Assembly (NCBI GenBank): GCA_003209955.1
Contig: QCOD01000008.1
Location: forward strand, 508 to 64,507
Source: OCS116 cluster bacterium AG-430-B22
GTDB taxonomy: Bacteria > Pseudomonadota > Alphaproteobacteria > MED-G09
DNA length: 64,000 nucleotides
Direction of reading: 5' to 3'
Part shown: positions 19,515-31,379 of the stretch, in pieces
How the letters are laid out: the number at the start of each line of letters is the position of its first letter
Numbering within the stretch: the first letter of the stretch is position 1
Made by a program: the position numbers and the translations under genes
The notes under the pieces: model-generated
Seen by the model: the letters and a program-made list of their open reading frames with translations, nothing else
Database searches by the model: none
What the model was told of the DNA's origin: nothing

Positions 19515-22078
19515 ATATTTTCTTTAAGTTTTTTTATTAATTGTTCAAATACATAATCCGACTTTGAGATATCTTTAGCCCCAGCTAATGCCATGTCTTT
19601 TCGACCACCACCACCTTTTCCACCCATAATCTCAGAACTAATTTTAACCAATTCGACCGCATCATAATGATCTAAAAGATCATTAGTAACACCAATGGCA
19701 ACTGATGATTTATCTTCATTAGTTGAAATTAAACAAACAATGCCTGTTCCTATATCTTTTTTGCATTCATCAACTAGATGTCTAAGGTTTTTAGCATCTA
19801 CTCCACTTACTTGATCAAAGAAAAATTTTGATTTATTAAATTCCTCAATCTTTCCATTAAGGATATCTTTTGAAATCATTTTTTCTTTGGCCTTTGTTTG
19901 TTTTTTTTCTTCTAGTTTTCTCTCTTTTTCATTTATTTTGTCAATTAAAGATAAAGAATTTAAAGCAATCGATCCAGTAACAGCCTCAATTCTTCTAATG
20001 CCAGAAGCAACAGAGCTTTGAGATATTATTTTAAAATTCTCAATCTCACCTAAACTTTTTACATGTGTTCCACCACATAATTCTTTTGAAAATGAGTCAT
20101 GGCCCATTGTCAGAACTCTAACCTCACTAGAGTATTTTTCTCCAAATAATGCTAGAGCCCCAGACTCAACAGCCTTTTCATAAGTTAAAACCTCTACCAT
20201 TACTTCTGAATCATCCCTTATAAGATTGTTTATAGTTTCTTCAATACTAGTAATTTCATTAGAATCTAAAGATTTTTGATGGCTAAAATCAAATCGAAGT
20301 TTTTCAGCCGATACCTGCGAGCCCTTCTGCGTTACATGATCGCCCAAAACTCTTCTAAGGGATTCATGTAATAGATGGGTAGCAGAGTGATTACACATAA
20401 TCATTCTCCTATGATCGTTTTCTATTTGTAAATTAACTGTATCTCCTACAGATACAGATCCTTTTTCAACTACCCCATAATGTGCATGAATATTATTTAT
20501 CTTTTTTTGTGTGTCAGAGATTCTAAAAATAAAACTATCATTCTTCGCAACTCCAACATCACCCATTTGTCCTCCACTTTCTGCATAAAACGGGGATTGA
20601 TTAAAGACTAAAATAGCCTTATCACCATTCTTAATTTTATTAGATATTTTATTTTTGTATATTATTTTAGAAATTTCAGCAGCTGATTTATTATTTTGAT
20701 AACCTAAAAATTCTGTAGCTTCACATTCGTTTGCAACTTCAAACCATATTTCATCTGTTTTACTATCTCCAGATCCAAGCCATGATTTTTTGGCTTCTTC
20801 TTTTTGTTTTCTCATCTCTGAATCAAAAGAGTTTTTATCAAGTTTAAGATTTTTATCCCTGATTAAATCTTCAGTTAAATCTAGGGGAAAACCATAAGTA
20901 TCATAAAGTTTAAATGCTGTTGATCCACTAAAAACATCTCCAGAGCTTAATGATTTAGATTCATCATTAAATATTTTTATCCCTTTAGATAAAGTAGATA
21001 TAAATCTTTCTTCCTCTTCAAATACCGTAACCTCAATTAATTTTTCAGCTCGTGATAACTCTGGATAAGCATCACTCATTATTGTGACTATTTTCTTAAT
21101 AAGATTATAGAGAACAGGTTCTTTTATGTTTAACAAATATGCATGCCGCATAGCTCTTCGCATAATCCTTCTTAAAACATACCCCCTCCCTTCATTTGAA
21201 GGTAATACTCCATCAGAAATTAAAAAAGCTATGGATCTTAAATGATCAGCTATTACTCTAAAACTAGCAATATTTTCATCAGTCTTATTAATTTTAATTA
21301 TTTCTTCAATGTGATTTATAATTGTAATGAATAAATCTGTATCAAAATTACTTGTTTTACCTTGTAAAACTGTAGATATTCTCTCTAGGCCCATTCCCGT
21401 ATCAATTGACGGCTTTGGAAGAGATTCTCTATTTTTATTTGAAACTTGTAAATATTGCATAAAAACAAGATTCCATATTTCAACAAATCGATCTCCATCT
21501 TCATTTTTTGAGCCTGGGGGACCACCATCAACGGAGTCTCCATGGTCAAAAAAGATTTCTGAGCATGGCCCACAAGGACCTTCATCACCCATTGACCAAA
21601 AATTATCATCAGTTGAGATCTTAATAATTTTATTATCAGAAAATCCTGAAACTTTTTTCCATATTTCTTCAGCTTCAGTATCTTCTTTAAATACGGTTAT
21701 AAGTAATCTATTAGATGGAATTTCAAATTCATTCACCAATAAATCCCAGGCTAGTTTTATTGCATCTTCTTTAAAATAATCTCCAAAAGAAAAGTTTCCT
21801 AACATTTCAAAAAAAGTCAAATGTCGAGTGGTATGACCTACATTATCAAGATCATTATGCTTACCACCTGCTCTTACACATTTTTGAGAACTTGTAGCTT
21901 TTAAAAAATCAGGCTCTTCTTTACCTTCAAAATAATTCTTAAATGGTACCATACCAGCATTAACAAACATCAATGTTGGATCATTCATTGGAACTAGTGG
22001 GCTAGAATGAACAACTTTGTGATCATTTTTTTCAAAATAATTAAGAAATTTTTTTCTTATGTTAGCAGTGCTTTTCAT
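19511..22078 (-). CDS. alaS: Alanyl-tRNA synthetase
   Basis: It is a full-length AlaRS ([14 protein letters not shown], editing-domain HxxxH/CGGTH, C-terminal DHHA1). The start was set to the ATG at 22078 ([11 protein letters not shown], matching E. coli MSKSTAEIRQAF) instead of the upstream TTG. Confidence 0.96.
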   Translation of the reverse strand: MKSTANIRKKFLNYFEKNDHKVVHSSPLVPMNDPTLMFVNAGMVPFKNYFEGKEEPDFLKATSSQKCVRAGGKHNDLDNVGHTTRHLTFFEMLGNFSFGDYFKEDAIKLAWDLLVNEFEIPSNRLLITVFKEDTEAEEIWKKVSGFSDNKIIKISTDDNFWSMGDEGPCGPCSEIFFDHGDSVDGGPPGSKNEDGDRFVEIWNLVFMQYLQVSNKNRESLPKPSIDTGMGLERISTVLQGKTSNFDTDLFITIINHIEEIIKINKTDENIASFRVIADHLRSIAFLISDGVLPSNEGRGYVLRRIMRRAMRHAYLLNIKEPVLYNLIKKIVTIMSDAYPELSRAEKLIEVTVFEEEERFISTLSKGIKIFNDESKSLSSGDVFSGSTAFKLYDTYGFPLDLTEDLIRDKNLKLDKNSFDSEMRKQKEEAKKSWLGSGDSKTDEIWFEVANECEATEFLGYQNNKSAAEISKIIYKNKISNKIKNGDKAILVFNQSPFYAESGGQMGDVGVAKNDSFIFRISDTQKKINNIHAHYGVVEKGSVSVGDTVNLQIENDHRRMIMCNHSATHLLHESLRRVLGDHVTQKGSQVSAEKLRFDFSHQKSLDSNEITSIEETINNLIRDDSEVMVEVLTYEKAVESGALALFGEKYSSEVRVLTMGHDSFSKELCGGTHVKSLGEIENFKIISQSSVASGIRRIEAVTGSIALNSLSLIDKINEKERKLEEKKQTKAKEKMISKDILNGKIEEFNKSKFFFDQVSGVDAKNLRHLVDECKKDIGTGIVCLISTNEDKSSVAIGVTNDLLDHYDAVELVKISSEIMGGKGGGGRKDMALAGAKDISKSDYVFEQLIKKLKENI

Positions 22079-22128
22079 TGCTGCCAAAATAACAGAAATT
22101 CAGGAATTGGCACAATGATTATGTAAAT

Positions 22129-23229
22129 TTACTTTGAAGCTACAGATTCTGTTTCATTTTCCTCTACTTCAGAGACAGTAGAAACATCAGAAGTTTTTTC
22201 TGTATCTTTTACAAGTCCGGCACTTTCACGTATTGCTAATTCAATTTGATTCGATATGTCTGGATTTTCCTCAAGAAATACTTTTGCATTTTCACGACCC
22301 TGTCCCATACGCTCACCTTCATATGAATACCAAGTTCCAGATTTTTCAACAATTCCTGCTTCAACACCTAAATCAATAATCTCACCTTTTTTGGAAATTC
22401 CTTTTCCATACATGATATCAAATTCAATTGTTTTAAAAGGTGGTGCGACTTTATTCTTAACAATTTTAACTCTTGTTTGATTACCTATTATCTGCTCTCT
22501 TTCTTTGATTGCACCTATCCTTCTAATATCCACTCTAACTGATGAGTAAAATTTCAATGCATTACCGCCTGTTGTCGTTTCAGGGCTTCCGAACATAACA
22601 CCAATCTTCATCCTAATTTGATTAATAAAGATTATCATGCAATTAGATTTTGATATTGATCCTGTAAGCTTTCTTAGAGCTTGGCTCATTAATCTTGCTT
22701 GAAGACCGGGTAAGCTATCACCCATATCACCATCTAATTCTGCTTTTGGTGTCAAGGCCGCAACTGAATCGATAACAATGACATCAACAGCTGCCGACCT
22801 CACTAGTGTATCAGCTATCTCCAATGCCTGCTCTCCATGATCTGGTTGAGAGATTAATAGTTCTTCAATATTAACACCTAAATTTCTTGCATACACAGGA
22901 TCTAGCGCATGTTCTGCATCAATAAATCCGCAAACTCCACCTTGCTTTTGTGCTTCGGCCAAAGCATGGAGTGCTAAGGTTGTTTTTCCGGAGCTTTCTG
23001 GTCCATAAATTTCAATTACCCTACCTTTAGGAAATCCTCCTATCCCTAAACCAATATCTAAACCGAGCGAACCACTTGGTATTGAAGAAATTTCAGCAAT
23101 AGCACCATCAGAACCTAATTTCATAATAGAGCCCTTTCCAAATTGTTTTTCAATTTGACTTAATGCTGCATCTAATGACTTTGATTTATCCATATTTTTA
23201 TCTTCAACAACTTTTAATGATTTTTTCAT
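22129..23229 (-). CDS. recA: Recombinase A
   Basis: Walker [10 protein letters not shown] and FIDAEHALD are present and the protein is full-length RecA. GGAG lies 7 nt upstream of the ATG at 23229. Confidence 0.97.
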   Translation of the reverse strand: MKKSLKVVEDKNMDKSKSLDAALSQIEKQFGKGSIMKLGSDGAIAEISSIPSGSLGLDIGLGIGGFPKGRVIEIYGPESSGKTTLALHALAEAQKQGGVCGFIDAEHALDPVYARNLGVNIEELLISQPDHGEQALEIADTLVRSAAVDVIVIDSVAALTPKAELDGDMGDSLPGLQARLMSQALRKLTGSISKSNCMIIFINQIRMKIGVMFGSPETTTGGNALKFYSSVRVDIRRIGAIKEREQIIGNQTRVKIVKNKVAPPFKTIEFDIMYGKGISKKGEIIDLGVEAGIVEKSGTWYSYEGERMGQGRENAKVFLEENPDISNQIELAIRESAGLVKDTEKTSDVSTVSEVEENETESVASK

Positions 23230-23397
23230 TCTTCTACTCCATTCCTTAACTGGTCAACTGATTATTTGTACTACTTTTGTTCCCTTTTTGCAATAAAAAT
23301 AAACTACTGAAAAAATTAGTTATTTTTATTATTGTTCTTTTTATGATCTAAGTTGGATAAAAATAATGAAGGAAAAAAACGAATCGATAATTAATTA

Positions 23398-23814
23398 TTA
23401 GTCATCTCTATATATTTTTTCTTTACGCTCATGAGATTCTTGGGCATCTATAGATAAAGTAGCAATAGGTCTAGCAATTAGTCTTTTTAAGCTTATTTCT
23501 TCTCCGGTTTCTTCACAGTAACCATATGATCCGTCATCAATGCGTGATAAAGCTTCATCAATTTTTGCAATAAGTTTTCTTTGTCTATCTCTAGACCTTA
23601 ATTCAAGAGATCTATCAGTTTCAGAGGATGCTCTATCAGCAAGATCAGCAAAATTTGAGGATTCATATTGGAGATTATTCAAAGTTTCTTTTGTTTCACT
23701 TATAATCTCATCGCGCCAATCATTGAGTTTCCTTCTAAAAAACTCCTTTTGTTTAGCATTCATAAAAGGCTCTTTATCTGAAGGTGAATAATTTTTTGGT
23801 AAACGAGTAGCCAT
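23398..23814 (-). CDS. dksA: RNA polymerase-binding transcription factor DksA (one-Cys, non-zinc-finger variant)
   Basis: It has a coiled-coil with DxxDxA (DLADRAS) and a C-terminal YGYCEETGE...ATLSIDA, where only the first of the four E. coli zinc-finger Cys is kept. The start was set at the ATG at 23814 (MATRLPKNY). Confidence 0.88.
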   Translation of the reverse strand: MATRLPKNYSPSDKEPFMNAKQKEFFRRKLNDWRDEIISETKETLNNLQYESSNFADLADRASSETDRSLELRSRDRQRKLIAKIDEALSRIDDGSYGYCEETGEEISLKRLIARPIATLSIDAQESHERKEKIYRDD

Positions 23815-23955
23815 TTTTTTCTCAATCTGAACGCGGTATTTAAATGATAAATAATAAAATCGCAATAGTTTTATAAATAAAAATAAACTTTGTTGAAATT
23901 AGTAACTTTGGTAAGTAAGTTGTGTGATATTTTAAAAATTATAAATAGGTGAATA

Positions 23956-24807
23956 ATGAAATTTGAGGGAACTAAAGATTACATTGCTACTGAGGATTTA
24001 AGAATTGCAGTAAATGCTTCAATAAGTCTTGAGAGACCTTTGCTTGTAAAAGGTGAGCCCGGAACAGGTAAAACTGTTCTTGCTGAAGAAATAGCAAGAG
24101 CTCTAGATATGCCAATTTTAACATGGCATATAAAATCAACAACAAAAGCTCAACAAGGACTGTATGAGTATGATGCCATTACAAGGTTAAGGGATTCACA
24201 GCTAGGAGATGAAAAGGTTAAGGATGTTAAGAATTACATAAAAAAAGGAAAACTATGGGAAGCCTTTGAGTCTGAAAAACGACCTATTCTTTTAATCGAT
24301 GAAATTGATAAAGCTGATATCGAGTTTCCTAATGATTTACTTCAAGAACTAGATAGAATGGAATTCTATGTTTACGAAACAGGAGAAACAATAGCAGCTG
24401 AAAAAAGACCTGTTGTTATAATTACTTCTAATAATGAAAAAGAATTACCAGATGCTTTCCTAAGAAGGTGCTTCTTTCACTACATAAGTTTTCCTGATAA
24501 CGACACAATGCAAAAGATTGTTGATGTTCATTATCCAGATATTAAATCAAAATTAGTATCTGAATCTTTGAAAGTTTTTTATGAGTTAAGGGAAATACCT
24601 GGGCTTAAGAAAAAGCCATCTACATCTGAGTTATTAGATTGGCTAAAGTTACTTATGAATGAAGATATAACCCCAGAAATGTTAAGAGAAAAGAACTCTA
24701 ACAATATAATTCCACCTTTACATGGTGCACTTCTAAAAAATGAACAGGATGTTCACTTATTCGAAAGATTGGCTTTCTTAGCTAGAAGAGAAGATAATCA
24801 AAGTTAA
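23956..24807 (+). CDS. MoxR/CbbQ-like AAA+ ATPase
   Basis: Walker A GEPGTGKT and Walker B LLIDEIDKA are present. Its short (283 aa) AAA_5-type architecture is followed by a VWA partner. Confidence 0.88.
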   Translation: MKFEGTKDYIATEDLRIAVNASISLERPLLVKGEPGTGKTVLAEEIARALDMPILTWHIKSTTKAQQGLYEYDAITRLRDSQLGDEKVKDVKNYIKKGKLWEAFESEKRPILLIDEIDKADIEFPNDLLQELDRMEFYVYETGETIAAEKRPVVIITSNNEKELPDAFLRRCFFHYISFPDNDTMQKIVDVHYPDIKSKLVSESLKVFYELREIPGLKKKPSTSELLDWLKLLMNEDITPEMLREKNSNNIIPPLHGALLKNEQDVHLFERLAFLARREDNQS

Positions 24808-24809
24808 AT

Positions 24810-25991
24810 ATGTTTATTAATTTTTTTCAAGAACTCAAACAAGCCAATATTCCAGTTACATTAAGAGAATACCTTACTCTTATTGAAGCCTTAAATGCTG
24901 ATATTCCTCAAAGAAAGGTTGAAGATTTTTATTATTTATCAAGATCTACTTTGGTTAAAGATGAAAAGAACTTAGATAAATTTGATAGAGTATTTGGTAA
25001 TGTATTTAAGGGATTAGAAAACATTGAAGAATTAGAGACTGCAGAAATTCCCGAAGAATGGTTACAACTTCTTAATGAAAAATATCTTACCGAAGAAGAA
25101 AAAAAACAAATCGAATCTATGGGTGGATGGGAAAAACTTATGGAAGAATTAAAGAAACGTTTAGAAGAGCAAGAAAAAAGACATGAAGGTGGATCAAAAT
25201 GGATTGGTACAGCTGGGACTTCTCCATATGGTGCTGAAGGGTACAATCCTGAGGGCGTTAGAATAGGACAAAAAAATAATAGAAATTTTAAGGCAGTCAA
25301 AGTTTGGGATAAAAGAGAATTTAAAAATCTTGATGATGATATAGAAATAGGAATTAGAAACATTAAACTTGCACTAAGACGTTTACGGAAATTTGCAAGA
25401 GAAGGTGCTGCAGATACTTTAGATCTACCTGGAACAATAAAAAATACAGCAGATAAAGGATATCTAGATATATCTCTAGTTCCAGAAAGAAGAAATAAAG
25501 TTAAAGTTCTTTTATTCTTTGATATTGGCGGATCTATGGACCCTCATGTTAAATTATGCGAGGAACTATTTTCTGCTGCAAGAACTGAATTTAAAAATAT
25601 GGAAAACTTCTACTTCCACAATTGCTTATATGAATATGTTTGGAAGGATAACAGAAGAAGGCATGCAGAAAGATTAAATACATGGGACATTCTTCATAAA
25701 TATTCATCAGATTATAAAATCATTTTTGTTGGTGATGCGTCAATGAGTCCGTATGAAATAACTTACTCAGGTGGTAGTGTTGAGCATTGGAATGAGGAGC
25801 CAGGTGGTTTGTGGTTAGAAAGGATAAGTGATATATACTCTAATGTGATTTGGTTAAATCCTGTTGAAGAAAAACATTGGGAATTTACTCCGTCTACACA
25901 AATTATCAAACAAATTTTATCTGAGAGAATGTTTCCTCTTACACTTGATGGAATTGACAACGCTATGAGAGAACTTAGTATGAAGAAGTAA
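24810..25991 (+). CDS. VWA-domain protein (CoxE-like partner of the MoxR ATPase)
   Basis: The C-terminal half has a MIDAS-like DIGGSM motif and VWA fold signatures. It starts 2 nt after the ATPase stop. Confidence 0.8.
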   Translation: MFINFFQELKQANIPVTLREYLTLIEALNADIPQRKVEDFYYLSRSTLVKDEKNLDKFDRVFGNVFKGLENIEELETAEIPEEWLQLLNEKYLTEEEKKQIESMGGWEKLMEELKKRLEEQEKRHEGGSKWIGTAGTSPYGAEGYNPEGVRIGQKNNRNFKAVKVWDKREFKNLDDDIEIGIRNIKLALRRLRKFAREGAADTLDLPGTIKNTADKGYLDISLVPERRNKVKVLLFFDIGGSMDPHVKLCEELFSAARTEFKNMENFYFHNCLYEYVWKDNRRRHAERLNTWDILHKYSSDYKIIFVGDASMSPYEITYSGGSVEHWNEEPGGLWLERISDIYSNVIWLNPVEEKHWEFTPSTQIIKQILSERMFPLTLDGIDNAMRELSMKK

Positions 25992-25994
25992 GTT

Positions 25995-27596
<1,602 letters not shown>

Positions 27597-27724
27597 TAAT
27601 AAATTTACCTCTTATAAATCATTCTCTATTATGCCTTTTAACGAAAAAACCTATGTCTTTACAAGGATTATTTTACTTATTACAACCCTGAAATACACAA
27701 TTTTAAGAATAAAAGAAATAAAAT

Positions 27725-28990
27725 ATGAGTGAAAAGATAAACAGTCTTCAAGATAGACCTTTAAGTATACTTATGCCCAGCTATAGAAGCCATCCATATA
27801 CTGGGGGACAAGGTATCTATATGAGACTGGTTACAAAAGCAATGAGAGATCTTGGCCATAAAGTAGAAGTTGTATCTGGCCAGCCTTACCCAATACTAGA
27901 TGAAGGAGTAAGGCTCACTAAACTTCCTTCACTTGATCTTTACTCATATAATAATCCATTAAAAGCATTTAATTTAAGTTTGTTTAAAAATAAAATTGAT
28001 TTATTCGAATGGATTAGTCACTTAACCGGTGGCTTTTCTGAGCCATATACATTTGGAGAAAGAATGGCAAAATGGGCTAAGTTAAATTACTCCAATTATG
28101 ATGTTGTTCATGACAATCAAACTTTAGCATATGGTCTTTTAAAACTAAAAAATATGGGTATCCCAGTTGTTGGGACAATTCATCACCCTATTACAATGGA
28201 TAAAAAAATAGATATAAAACATGCTGAGACAATATCCTTAAAAATTCTGAAATGGAGATGGTATAGCTTTTTAAATATGCAAATGAAGGTCGCAAGGCAA
28301 TTAGACCCTATTATAGTAGTATCAGAAAATACAAGAAAAGATTTAGCAAAGGATTTTAAAATTGATATTAAAAAAACAAGAAAAGTTCTTCATGGTATCG
28401 ACCATCTCACCTTTAGGCCTATTGAAAAAATTAATAGAAAATCTAATCAATTAATTACTACTGCTAGTGCTGATGTCCCTTTAAAAGGATTGATTTATTT
28501 AATTCGTGCGTATGATTTGTTGCTAAAAGACTTTCCTGAACTTCAACTTGTTGTTATAGGAAAATTAAGAGAAGGCCCAACTTCAAAAGAATTAGATAAA
28601 AAAGGAATTAGAGAAAAAGTTAGGTTTGTAAGCGATTTAACAAGTGATGAAATTGCTCAACTTTATGCAGAATCCACAATTGCAGTTTCACCATCTGTTT
28701 ATGAAGGTTTTGGCTTTCCAGCAGGAGAGGCTATGTCTTGCGGAATACCATTAGTTTCAACTAATGGAGGATCTTTACCTGAGGTTGTTGGCGATGCAGG
28801 GGTAATTGTAAATCATTCTGATCCTCTTTCTCTATATCAGGGTATTAAAGAATTGCTTGATGATGAAGAAAAGAGATTAGTATATGGAAAAATGGGCAGA
28901 GAAAGAGTTTTAGATAAATTCACATGGGAAAGAGCTGCAAGAGAGCTTGTTGATGTTTATAAAGAGGCTATAATTAATGCTAACAATTGA
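27725..28990 (+). CDS. Glycosyltransferase, GT4 (GT-B, retaining) family
   Basis: The C-terminal domain has the E-x7-E signature (EGFGFPAGEAMSCG) and PLVSTNGGSLPEVV. Confidence 0.85.
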   Translation: MSEKINSLQDRPLSILMPSYRSHPYTGGQGIYMRLVTKAMRDLGHKVEVVSGQPYPILDEGVRLTKLPSLDLYSYNNPLKAFNLSLFKNKIDLFEWISHLTGGFSEPYTFGERMAKWAKLNYSNYDVVHDNQTLAYGLLKLKNMGIPVVGTIHHPITMDKKIDIKHAETISLKILKWRWYSFLNMQMKVARQLDPIIVVSENTRKDLAKDFKIDIKKTRKVLHGIDHLTFRPIEKINRKSNQLITTASADVPLKGLIYLIRAYDLLLKDFPELQLVVIGKLREGPTSKELDKKGIREKVRFVSDLTSDEIAQLYAESTIAVSPSVYEGFGFPAGEAMSCGIPLVSTNGGSLPEVVGDAGVIVNHSDPLSLYQGIKELLDDEEKRLVYGKMGRERVLDKFTWERAARELVDVYKEAIINANN

Positions 28991-29690
28991 TCTTGATAAA
29001 TTAAATATTGTTGATGGCTCAAAAATATTAGACCTTGGTTGCGGAAAAGGCCGTCACATTCATAAACTTTATTATTATAGCAAATGTCATGTAATAGGTT
29101 TAGATCTCTCATTGGAGGAATTGAAATATACTTATCAAGGATTTCAACAATATCCCGACATAAATGAATCAAGCGATAGAAAATTTAGTTTAATGGCTGG
29201 AACTGCCCTTCAATTGCCGTTTAAAGACAATACTTTTGATCACATAATATGTTCGGAAGTATTAGAACATATATATGATTATAAGAATGTTATTAATGAA
29301 ATATTTAGAATTTCAAAACCAGGGGCTAGTATAGGCGTGTCTGTTCCAAGATGGTTACCAGAGAAAATTTGTTGGCTTTTATCAGATGATTATCACAATG
29401 AACCTGGAGGGCATATAAGAATTTTTAAATACTCCGAATTAAAGAAGGCATTTTTAGAAAATGGTTTTAATTATAGAGGTAAGGAACATAAACACGGATT
29501 ACATTCTCCTTATTGGTGGCTTAAATGCTTTGTCGGAGTAAAGAGAGAAGACAATAAATTTGTTAATTTTTATAAAAGATTTCTTGAATGGGATATCATG
29601 AAAAAACCTTTATTAACTCGTATCTTAGAAAAGCTTTTTGATCCATTAATGGGAAAATCTGTAGTTCTTTACTTCAAAAAAAATAATTAA
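28977..29690 (+). CDS. Class I SAM-dependent methyltransferase (Methyltransf_11-like)
   Basis: It has motif I ILDLGCGKGRH and post-I/II motifs (FDHIICSEVLEH). The ATG overlaps the GT stop by 14 nt. Confidence 0.85.
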   Translation: MLTIDLDKLNIVDGSKILDLGCGKGRHIHKLYYYSKCHVIGLDLSLEELKYTYQGFQQYPDINESSDRKFSLMAGTALQLPFKDNTFDHIICSEVLEHIYDYKNVINEIFRISKPGASIGVSVPRWLPEKICWLLSDDYHNEPGGHIRIFKYSELKKAFLENGFNYRGKEHKHGLHSPYWWLKCFVGVKREDNKFVNFYKRFLEWDIMKKPLLTRILEKLFDPLMGKSVVLYFKKNN

Positions 29691-29699
29691 TTAAAATAA

Positions 29700-30752
29700 A
29701 TGAATTCATTTACTAAAAACTTAAAAGGCCCAATAAAAAGAATTGTCTTTTTGCAAAGAAAGGATGGTTGTATACCTTGGACTGAAGATGGTGTGTTTGA
29801 TGCATGGAATCATCTTGAATGCGTAATGGCTTTAAATACTCTTGGGTATTCTAAAGAAGTTGATTTAGGGTTTTCTTATTTAAAAAAAAATCAATTAGAT
29901 GATGGCTCTTGGTTAGGAGAACTAGGAAGTACATTGGATATAGACGAAAAAAAAGGCACTTTCGTCAATAGAGATATTGAATCAAAAGTATATTTCAGAG
30001 ACACAAACTTTGCGGCATATATTGCAACAGCCTGCTGGCATGATTTCCTAATAAACAATTCAGTTGATAGGTTGACTGATAATTGGGAGATGATTGAAAA
30101 AGCAATAAATTTTGTAATAGAAAATCAAATGGAGGATGGGTCAATTAGATGGGCTGCTAAGAGCATTGAAGCTCCAAAAGATGATTCACTTTTAACTGGT
30201 TGTTGCTCAATATACAAAAGTCTCATTTGTGCCATTAATTGTGCCTCACAATTAAATAAAGAAAAAACTAATTGGAATAAGTCATTAGAAAGATTAAAAA
30301 ATACTATCATAAATAAACCTGAAAGCTTTGATAAGACTTGGGAATCAAAGAAAAGATTCTCAATGGATTGGTATTATCCTGTTCTTTGTGGAGCCATTAA
30401 TGGAAAAAAAGCAGAAGAAAGGATTAATTCCCAATGGAATACTTTTGTAATAAATGAAAAAGGATGCTTATGCGTCTCAGATCAACCATGGGTTACTATT
30501 GCTGAAACAGCGGAGCTTGCTATTGCTCTAATTAAAATCGAAAAAAAAGATAAAGCCAGGGAGCTACTTTCTTGGATTAAAAATTACACAGATAATGATG
30601 GGGCTTACTGGATGGGTAGGCAAATTAATGAAAAAGTATTTTGGCCGATGGAGAATCCTGGATGGACTTCAGCTGCAGTTATTTTAGCATATGATGCGCT
30701 AAATAACTTTTCAAGAGGATCGAAGATCTTTCTAGACGATCATCTAATTTAA
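29700..30752 (+). CDS. Alpha/alpha-toroid protein with prenyltransferase/terpene-cyclase-like Q..DG.W repeats
   Basis: Repeats QRKDGCIPW, QLDDGSWLG, QMEDGSIRW and DNDGAYWMG were read in the translation, spaced as in (alpha/alpha)6 barrels. The activity (prenyl-binding versus glycoside hydrolase-like) is unknown. Confidence 0.6.
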   Translation: MNSFTKNLKGPIKRIVFLQRKDGCIPWTEDGVFDAWNHLECVMALNTLGYSKEVDLGFSYLKKNQLDDGSWLGELGSTLDIDEKKGTFVNRDIESKVYFRDTNFAAYIATACWHDFLINNSVDRLTDNWEMIEKAINFVIENQMEDGSIRWAAKSIEAPKDDSLLTGCCSIYKSLICAINCASQLNKEKTNWNKSLERLKNTIINKPESFDKTWESKKRFSMDWYYPVLCGAINGKKAEERINSQWNTFVINEKGCLCVSDQPWVTIAETAELAIALIKIEKKDKARELLSWIKNYTDNDGAYWMGRQINEKVFWPMENPGWTSAAVILAYDALNNFSRGSKIFLDDHLI

Positions 30753-31379
30753 TTTCTCTAATACTCTTAGTGACTTAACAGACTCGATCTCCTTAAAGTT
30801 TTTCTCTGATAAAGCTTTTCTGTAAATTTCAAATGGAGGTCTTCCTCCATCATCAGGGTTTGGAAAAACATCATGGATTGCTAATATTCCTCCTTTAACA
30901 ATTTTATCTTTCCAGTTATTAAAATCATTAAAGGCTGCTTTCATTGTATGGCCGCCATCAATAAAAACCATTGAAAGAGGTATTTTCCAGTTTCTTGACA
31001 CTAATGAAGACTCTGAAACTATTGGTATCACAGTATCTAATAAATCAGCTTTACGTAAATTCCTCATAAATTCAGGAAAAGAATTTATTCTTCCAGTCTC
31101 TTCATCAAAAAGATCGGCATCATGGTATTCCCACCCAACTTGATTTTCTTCGGAACCCATATGGTGATCGATAGAGTAAATGCAAGAATTAGTACTTTTA
31201 ACTCCAAGTCCCATATAAATTGTTGATTTTCCGCAGTAAGAGCCTATTTCGAGAATAGGTCCGCGATCAGATGATTTAGCTGCATATTTGTTAAGACATT
31301 TACCTTCCTCATGATCCATAAAACCTTTTAAAGAATTAATATATGAAGGAAACTCTTGAATATTATTTTGCTTTGACAT
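30744..31379 (-). CDS. Class I SAM-dependent methyltransferase (Methyltransf_24 / cation-dependent O-MT-like)
   Basis: ILEIGSYCGKST (motif I), VFIDGGH and ILAIHDV are present. The ATG overlaps the stop of the upstream symporter (TAATG). Confidence 0.75.
   Translation of the reverse strand: MSKQNNIQEFPSYINSLKGFMDHEEGKCLNKYAAKSSDRGPILEIGSYCGKSTIYMGLGVKSTNSCIYSIDHHMGSEENQVGWEYHDADLFDEETGRINSFPEFMRNLRKADLLDTVIPIVSESSLVSRNWKIPLSMVFIDGGHTMKAAFNDFNNWKDKIVKGGILAIHDVFPNPDDGGRPPFEIYRKALSEKNFKEIESVKSLRVLEKLN

Noticed and set aside
21327-21779. Long ORFs embedded antisense or out of frame in strongly supported genes. Examples: 21327-21779 in alaS, 44729-45163 in mreB, 24932-25363 in the VWA gene, 10412-10870 across purB/map, 5918-6220, 9630-9953, 31737-32057, 39487-39858, 41392-41670, and 62690-63205 in uvrD.
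   Set aside because: Each lies wholly inside a CDS with clear homology on the other strand or frame. Each has low-complexity, composition-driven sequence, and no start context or recognisable domain.
23398-23814. DksA lacks three of the four zinc-finger cysteines (C-x2-T ... S-x2-A).
   Set aside because: It is real in the sequence but not novel. One-Cys or zinc-free DksA proteins are already described for alphaproteobacteria such as Rhodobacter sphaeroides.
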